NCBI GenBank assembly: GCA_945875545.1
Contig: CAMCKZ010000034.1
Span: forward strand, 1-30,152
From: Polyangium aurulentum
GTDB lineage: Bacteria > Myxococcota_A > Polyangia > Polyangiales > Polyangiaceae
DNA length: 30,152 bases
Direction of reading: 5' to 3'
The notes beneath the pieces are model-generated. The model worked only from the letters and a program-made list of their open reading frames with translations, ran no database searches and had not been told where the DNA came from. Positions 25,178 through 30,152 of the stretch are shown here, in pieces. The first letter of the stretch is position 1. Every line of letters starts with the position of its first letter. The position numbers were made by a program, and so were the translations under genes.

Positions 25178-27379
25178 CTAGTTGTACGAGCGTTTGCCGT
25201 CGCGCGCGAGCTCACGCAGAAGCGGCGCTGGCTCCCATCGTGCGCCGAAACGATCGTGAAAACCCTGGATTCGGCGGTAAGCCTCCGCGGCGCCGATGGT
25301 GTCGACGTAGCGGAACGGGCCGCCTCGAAACGGAGGAAAGCCGAGCCCAAAAATGGCCCCAATATCGCCATCGCGAGGACCGCGAAGAATGCCTTCGCCG
25401 AAACAATGAAACGCCTCGTTCACCATCTGAAGGCCGCATCGCATCTGGATGTCTTCGGCCGCCATCTGGGCTGTGGGCTCAATGCCGACAAGCTTGTAAA
25501 CCGACGTATCTACTTGCCTTTTTCCCTTCTTTTTGGCGCCGGCGTCGCCGTAAAGGTAAAGCCCTCGACCATTTTTTCGCCCCTTGCGGCCGTCGTCGAG
25601 AAGTTTGCTCGTGGCCGCCGGTGCGATCATGCGATCGCCGAAAGCTTGGCGCATCACGACGCCCACGTGACTGCCGACGTCGATGCCAACTTCGTCGAGG
25701 AGTTGCAGTGGCCCAACGGGGAAACCCCATGCCACCATCGCGTCGTCGATAACATCGATGGCAACGCCTTCGGATAGCAGGTACGCAGCCTCGTTAAGGT
25801 ATGGGGCAAGTATGCGGCTGGTATAGAAACCAACACCATCGCCGACAACGATGACGGTCTTGCCTTGCTTCTTCCCAAGCGCAACGGCGCGAGCGACCGA
25901 CTCATCGCTCGTTTTCGCCGTGCGGATGATTTCGAGGAGCGGCATTTTATGCACGGGCGAGAAATAATGCATGCCCAGCACGTTCTCGGGCCTCTGCGCA
26001 TTTGCTGCGATTTGAGTGATGGGAATCGAGCTCGTATTCGACGCAAAGAGAGCGTGCGCGGGAGCTATCGCTTCGACTTGGCGGAGCATTTCTTGCTTCA
26101 GTTCCAGGTCCTCAAAGACGGCCTCCACGACGATGTCGGCGTGCTTAAGGCCGCTCCAATCGGTTGTCGCCGTCACGCGCGCGAGGTCGGCTTGCCCGTC
26201 GATCGCAGTCGATTGTTTCTTCTTCACGCGCTCGCCGACGAGTTCACCGACGTAACGAAGCGCGCGGCCGCGGCCCGCCTCGTCGCGCTCGCGGATGCGT
26301 ACATGAATGCCCGCGCGCGCCGTCACGAACGCGATGCCTCCGCCCATCAGGCCTCCGCCGAGGACCGTCATGCGGGTCGTGGCGGGCAGCTCGGTGCCCG
26401 GCGCCAGACGGTCGGTTCCCGTGTCTTTTTTTAGAGCCGTTGTGGCCTCGAAAATCTCCACAAGCCTGGCGGAAACCTCGCTCACGACGAGCTCACCAAA
26501 CAGTTTGGCTTCGAGAGCTGCGCCCGCCGCAAACCCCTTCGATGCGTAGCGTTCGAGGACATCGACGATGCGCTCCGGTGCCGGGTAGTGACCACGGGTT
26601 TTCTTTCGCAACGCTTCACGCGCTTTCGAAAACAGCACGCGGCGACCGAGCGGGTTGCCCTCGATGGCGCTCCGCGTGACGTCGGCCTGAAGGGTCTGGA
26701 CGTCGAGATGCTTCTTTTTGTTCCCCTTCTTTTTCGCTTCGAGGATCGCGTGCACCTTGGCCTTCGCCACCTTCGTGAGATGCGCCGCTGGCACGACGTC
26801 GTCGACGAGGCCGAGGGTCTTGGCCTTCTTCGGACGCACATTTTTGCCCGTGAGCCCGAGGTCCAAAGCTACGCGCACATCGGCCCGTTCGGCCACGCGC
26901 AAAAGCCCGTTCGCACCGGGAAGTAGGCCCAATTGCACCTCGGGCAGTGCGACCATTGTCTTAGGCGAATCGCTCAAAATAATGGCGTGGCATGCGAGGG
27001 CGAACTCAAATCCGCCACCGAGGGCCGGGCCATCAATCGCCGCCACAAAAATCTTTTTGCTCGCCTTGATGCGCCCAAAAAGTTGGGCCAGGTCCGCGGC
27101 GCCCCTCTCCGCTTCTTGGGCGAACTTGATCGCGGCAACCATTTGAATGTTCGCGCCAACGATGAAGCTTTGTTTCTTGGCGCTCGAAACCACAACGCCC
27201 AAAATGCTGTCGTTCGACTCGATGGTGTCGAGCAGTGCCGCCAGCTGTTCGCCGAAGGCCTGCGTGAGCGTGTTCACCGAGGCCTCGGGGTCGTCGAGAA
27301 CGAGCATCGCAATGCCGTCTTCGGGTTCCCCGAGCTGCATGACAGCCCCCGCGAGGCCGCGATCGTGGGCCCCAGACAT
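25178..27379 (-). CDS. fadJ: Fatty-acid oxidation complex alpha subunit (enoyl-CoA hydratase / 3-hydroxyacyl-CoA dehydrogenase), FadJ-type.
   Basis: The crotonase domain is LDDPEASVNTL...FVAAIDGPALGGGFEFALAC. The HCDH Rossmann fold is VLGGGLMGGGIAF. The ATG at 27379 shares one nt with the fadI TGA (TGATG). It is paired with the FadI-like thiolase. Confidence 0.88.
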   Translation of the reverse strand: MSGAHDRGLAGAVMQLGEPEDGIAMLVLDDPEASVNTLTQAFGEQLAALLDTIESNDSILGVVVSSAKKQSFIVGANIQMVAAIKFAQEAERGAADLAQLFGRIKASKKIFVAAIDGPALGGGFEFALACHAIILSDSPKTMVALPEVQLGLLPGANGLLRVAERADVRVALDLGLTGKNVRPKKAKTLGLVDDVVPAAHLTKVAKAKVHAILEAKKKGNKKKHLDVQTLQADVTRSAIEGNPLGRRVLFSKAREALRKKTRGHYPAPERIVDVLERYASKGFAAGAALEAKLFGELVVSEVSARLVEIFEATTALKKDTGTDRLAPGTELPATTRMTVLGGGLMGGGIAFVTARAGIHVRIRERDEAGRGRALRYVGELVGERVKKKQSTAIDGQADLARVTATTDWSGLKHADIVVEAVFEDLELKQEMLRQVEAIAPAHALFASNTSSIPITQIAANAQRPENVLGMHYFSPVHKMPLLEIIRTAKTSDESVARAVALGKKQGKTVIVVGDGVGFYTSRILAPYLNEAAYLLSEGVAIDVIDDAMVAWGFPVGPLQLLDEVGIDVGSHVGVVMRQAFGDRMIAPAATSKLLDDGRKGRKNGRGLYLYGDAGAKKKGKRQVDTSVYKLVGIEPTAQMAAEDIQMRCGLQMVNEAFHCFGEGILRGPRDGDIGAIFGLGFPPFRGGPFRYVDTIGAAEAYRRIQGFHDRFGARWEPAPLLRELARDGKRSYN

Positions 27380-28836
27380 CACTCGACCTCCACGATGATC
27401 GTCGCGCCAAGGCCACCCGCCGCGCACGCTGTCGCCAGGCCAAATCCGCCCCCGCGCCTCTTAAGTTCGTGAAGAACCGTGGTGATTTGCCGGGCACCGG
27501 TCGCGGCGAATGGGTGACCGATGGCGATGGACCCGCCGTGGACATTGAGCTTGTCGTCGTCGACCTCGCCGAGAGGTGCCGATCGGCCGAGCTTGTCGGC
27601 AAAATATTTCTTGGAATTCCATGCTTGTAGATTGCACAGAACCTGCGCCGCAAACGCTTCGTGAACATCCACCACGGCCATGTCTTGGAGCGTGAGCCCC
27701 GCGCGATCGAGGGCGAGCGGCGTGGCATGCGTCGGGCCCATGAGCATCCAGCCGTTGGGATCGAGGGCCGCGTAGGCCCAGCTTTTCAAATAACCGAGCG
27801 GCGTATATCCTAGGCTTTTTGCTCGACTTTCCGTCATGACCAAGAGGGCGCTCGCCCCGTCTGTGAGCGGAGAGGCATTGCCCGCCGTGATGGTGCCGTT
27901 GGCGCGATCGAAGGCCGGCCGCAGCTTCGCATAGCCCTCGATGGAGGAATCTTTGCGCACGAGGTTGTCTTCAAAAACCGGCGCATCGTACTTCGGCGGC
28001 ACGAGCACGCGCATGACCTCTGCGTCGAAAATTCCATCGGCCCAAGCCTTGGCCGCGCGCGAGTGGCTGCGGTGTGCAAACGCATCTTGAGCCTCGCGCG
28101 TGATGCCCGATTCGCGTGCCATTTTTTCCGCCGACTCGCCCATCGTGAGGCCCGTCGAAAACTCTTTGATCGCTGGCGGAACCGGCACCAAATCTTTCGG
28201 CGACAGCCGGGAAAGCAGCTTCAACTTGTCGCCGAGGCTTCGCGCTTTCTGCGCCTCCACGAGAATGTTGGAGAGTTTGCGACTGATGGTGATCGGCACG
28301 TCCGAGGAGCTGTCGGCGCCGCCGGTGATCGCCACCGAACCCTGCCCTGCGAGCATCGCTTCGGCGGCACTCGTAAGCGATTGATACGAGGTCGCACAGG
28401 CGCGGCTCACGCTGAACGCCTGCACGTTGTGCGGCAGTCCGGTGCCAAGAATGACCTCGCGCGCGATGTTGGGCGCGTGAATGCTCGGCAACACTTGCCC
28501 GTAGACGCAGAGGTCGACAAGCTTCGGATCGAGCTCGCTTTTTTGCACAAGTTCGGCGACCACAATGCGCGCCAAATCCAGAGCCGAAAGGCTCATGTAG
28601 TGCGACGTTTGCCTGGCGAACGGCGTGCGCAGACCCGCGACAATGGCAATGCGCTCGGGCTTCGATCGACCCGCCGCAGGTGCCCGCGGGGTGGGCTTTG
28701 CTGCGGGAGAATCCGTTGGCGAACTCGCCTCGACCTCGCCCCCAAGATCGCCCGCCAGGGACGCCTCCGCCCCATCGGATCCGTCAGGCTGCGTGGTCTT
28801 GGTGCGAGGGGCTGTCTTTTTTTTTGTGGTGGCCAC
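27379..28836 (-). CDS. fadI: 3-ketoacyl-CoA thiolase, FadI-type, with a low-complexity Lys/Thr/Pro/Ala-rich N-terminal extension of about 57 aa.
   Basis: Near-collinear with E. coli FadI from ERIAIVAGLRTPFARQ to ...GGGFGLATACAAGGLGA, including SVSRACATSYQS and GHPFAATGARQ. The start was chosen as the GTG at 28836, which has a GAGG RBS 5 nt upstream. The track's TTG at 28893 has no RBS. There is no in-frame ATG/GTG/TTG between 28836 and the thiolase core, so the extension is obligatory. Confidence 0.85.
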   Translation of the reverse strand: MATTKKKTAPRTKTTQPDGSDGAEASLAGDLGGEVEASSPTDSPAAKPTPRAPAAGRSKPERIAIVAGLRTPFARQTSHYMSLSALDLARIVVAELVQKSELDPKLVDLCVYGQVLPSIHAPNIAREVILGTGLPHNVQAFSVSRACATSYQSLTSAAEAMLAGQGSVAITGGADSSSDVPITISRKLSNILVEAQKARSLGDKLKLLSRLSPKDLVPVPPAIKEFSTGLTMGESAEKMARESGITREAQDAFAHRSHSRAAKAWADGIFDAEVMRVLVPPKYDAPVFEDNLVRKDSSIEGYAKLRPAFDRANGTITAGNASPLTDGASALLVMTESRAKSLGYTPLGYLKSWAYAALDPNGWMLMGPTHATPLALDRAGLTLQDMAVVDVHEAFAAQVLCNLQAWNSKKYFADKLGRSAPLGEVDDDKLNVHGGSIAIGHPFAATGARQITTVLHELKRRGGGFGLATACAAGGLGATIIVEVE

Positions 28837-28893
28837 GGAAACCTCAGGAAAGTGAAGGGCAACGGCGGCCGAGCGTGCGCGCCGGGCCGGCAA

Positions 28894-28907
28894 TGAATCG
28901 TTATTCA
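28894..28907. promoter_or_regulatory. Candidate operator palindrome TGAATcgttATTCA upstream of fadI, with a TTGACA -35-like hexamer on the - strand at 28938-28943.
   Basis: A perfect 5-bp inverted repeat with a 4-nt spacer lies about 58 nt upstream of the chosen fadI start. It resembles the TGAATGA-N3-TCATTCA box of Bacillus FadR/YsiA. A -35-like TTGACA lies about 30 nt further upstream on the fadI strand. Confidence 0.35.
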
Positions 28908-29015
28908 GTAAGCAGCTCTTGCCACGATAACGCGACGTGTCAACAGTTTAACGCCGTTTTTTATCGGCCTGTGGTAGCGGCCCATGGCCTGCTAAATCCT
29001 TTGACGGAGCTTTCC

Positions 29016-29459
29016 ATGCCAACGCTAAGCGATGCCTTTGTCGGCGATAACGCCAAGAAAAATGCGGTCGTTGACGACTCTTGCGTTTTGATCGACGAAG
29101 AGGTGGCAAGCCGTGGAGGCATCTCGGGCCTCGCGCTCAAGGCTGGTTACGGCCTTATTAAGGGCATTAAACCCGGCTTCGTTCGCAGCGTGGTTAGCGA
29201 CCTTCTCAGCGAATTTGCTGCAGCTCTCGAGCCGATTTACCAAGAATCGCGCCAGTCAGCCAAGGGCATCGCGGGGCACTTCGAGGCAAACGGTCCGCGG
29301 GTCGCCGATGCTCTCCTGCAGATCACCGACGACAAGGCCGCGCGTTCCAAGAATGCGATGGTTAAATCGACCTACGAAAAGCTTCGCAGCGGGGCAAAAA
29401 AGAACGTGGAAGCAGCTGTGCCGCGCCTCGCCAAACTGGTCGAACGCCACACGCTGTAG
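29016..29459 (+). CDS. Hypothetical protein, 147 aa.
   Basis: The ATG at 29016 follows a GGAG RBS by 6 nt. The long track ORF from 28680 is antisense to fadI and was trimmed. Sequence is MPTLSDAFVGDNAKKN...AKLVERHTL. No family was recognised. It is divergent from fadI. Confidence 0.5.
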   Translation: MPTLSDAFVGDNAKKNAVVDDSCVLIDEEVASRGGISGLALKAGYGLIKGIKPGFVRSVVSDLLSEFAAALEPIYQESRQSAKGIAGHFEANGPRVADALLQITDDKAARSKNAMVKSTYEKLRSGAKKNVEAAVPRLAKLVERHTL

Positions 29460-29527
29460 GGAACGCTCGAAAAACGTCGGGCCGCCCGAAATCGTGCGGT
29501 CGTTTTTCTGAACATCGCCAAGGCAAC

Positions 29528-29562
29528 AAAAAACCGCGGGGCCAAGACCCAACGGTTTTTTT
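29528..29562. terminator. Bidirectional intrinsic terminator: the 9-bp arms AAAAAACCG and CGGTTTTTT flank a GC-rich core.
   Basis: aaaaaaccg-cggggccaagacccaa-cggtttttt. It sits between the 3' end of the + strand hypothetical gene and the 3' end of the - strand tRNA-Lys. A second weaker hairpin with a T5 run lies at about 29465-29500. Confidence 0.6.
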
Positions 29563-29596
29563 CATGCTTATGCGCATTGTTGCGCCTTATTGCGGG

Positions 29597-29669
29597 TGGG
29601 CCATGTGGGACTTGAACCTACAGCCAACGGATTAAGAGTCCGCTGCTCTACCAATTGAGCTAATGGCCC
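29597..29669 (-). tRNA. tRNA-Lys (anticodon CTT), 73 nt. CCA is not encoded.
   Basis: Reverse-strand sequence GGGCCATTAGCTCAATTGGTAGAGCAGCGGACTCTTAATCCGTTGGCTGTAGGTTCAAGTCCCACATGGCCCA folds as a cloverleaf. The acceptor stem is GGGCCAT/ATGGCCC and the D-arm is GCTC/GAGC. The anticodon stem GCGGA/TCCGT carries loop CTCTTAA, giving anticodon CTT. The T-loop is TTCAAGT, with one A-C mismatch in the T-stem. Coordinates are +/-2 nt. Confidence 0.85.
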
Positions 29670-29748
29670 GCGAATGGACCCGCGCGTCTAGGCCCTTTGG
29701 CTCCGGGTGTCAAGCACCTCTTTGGAACCGGTGAGGCGCGCCGGCGGT

Positions 29749-30152
29749 CTACTTCAGCGCCCCGAGGATTTCCGCCAGTTGATCGGGCCACGGGTCGTCG
29801 TCGAGCTCCCAGTTTTGCCCCCACAGGTGCTGGCCGCCATCGACGTACCAGGTTTCGCCGGTCACGTATTGCGTCGCCTCGGAGGCCAAAAAGACGATGA
29901 GTTGCGCGACCTCTTCGCACGTGCCGAGGCGATGGGCCGGAATGCGTTTGCGGCCGTCGCGGATCAGGGCCTCGCCGTATTGGGCAATGCCGCTCGAGAG
30001 AATAATACCCGGTGCCACGGAGTTGACTTGCACGTTGTGGCGCGCCCATTCGACCGCGAGCGTTTTGGTCATGTTGTCGACGCCGGCGCGCGCAGCCCCC
30101 GTATGCACCATGCCGGGAACGCCTCGCGCGAGGTTGGCAATGACGTTCACGA
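29749..30152 (-). CDS. Short-chain dehydrogenase/reductase (SDR) family oxidoreductase, C-terminal part. The 5' end lies beyond the window end.
   Basis: The frame is open to the window edge, so the track M at 30150 is an artefact. SDR C-terminal blocks are present: VNSVAPGIILSS, AHRLGTCEEVAQLIVFLASEATQYVTGETWYVDGG. Confidence 0.75.
   Translation of the reverse strand, partial: VNVIANLARGVPGMVHTGAARAGVDNMTKTLAVEWARHNVQVNSVAPGIILSSGIAQYGEALIRDGRKRIPAHRLGTCEEVAQLIVFLASEATQYVTGETWYVDGGQHLWGQNWELDDDPWPDQLAEILGALK

Noticed and set aside
28837-28893. The track start (TTG at 28893) for fadI, which gives a 76-aa extension.
   Set aside because: There is no RBS before the TTG. The GTG at 28836 has a GAGG RBS at 5-nt spacing and an A-rich codon tract after it. 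The upstream 19 codons are therefore treated as leader.
28680-29015. The long track ORF of 259 aa on the + strand (28680-29459) as one gene.
   Set aside because: Its first 112 codons are antisense to the fadI 5' region and Pro/Arg-rich. The ATG at 29016 with a GGAG RBS gives a compact 147-aa protein.

Overview
This is a high-GC (about 65-70%), gene-dense chromosomal window. It looks myxobacterial or deltaproteobacterial: many Cys-rich secreted proteins, sigma-54 activators, and frequent ATGA/TGATG start-stop overlaps. It is mostly housekeeping and not an obvious mobile or defence island.

Genes called on the + strand:
- a very Cys-rich secreted protein;
- a class III nucleotide cyclase;
- an NtrC-family sigma-54 response regulator translationally coupled to an MscS-type channel, a small secreted protein and a YkgJ-type CxxCxxCC protein;
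- alaS, followed 18 nt later by a 777-aa flotillin/SPFH protein;
- dapD;
- a secreted HEAT-like repeat protein and a rhodanese;
- a family-2 glycosyltransferase;
- a 147-aa hypothetical protein.

Genes called on the - strand:
- a partial TlpA-like thioredoxin lipoprotein;
- a NamZ/DUF1343 exo-muramidase-like protein;
- a family-4 glycosyltransferase and radA;
- pepA and a PBP-type transpeptidase lipoprotein;
- a hypothetical membrane protein;
- purB;
- a fadI-fadJ beta-oxidation pair;
- tRNA-Lys(CTT);
- a partial SDR oxidoreductase.

No CRISPR array, integrase, transposase or toxin-antitoxin pair was recognised.

The most unusual items are:
1. The flotillin with five tandem copies of the SPFH N-terminal module.
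2. The four-gene coupled EBP-MscS-secreted-YkgJ cluster.
3. A 44-bp tandem repeat with embedded palindromes in the convergent gap 13436-13565.
4. A palindromic 11-mer TGCAGTCTGCA that recurs four times.
5. A TGAAT-N4-ATTCA operator-like palindrome plus an A9 tract ahead of fadI.

CDS coordinates follow the supplied ORF track, with start codons re-chosen where alignment to known families or RBS context argued for it. Non-CDS coordinates were indexed by hand and may be off by 1-2 nt.
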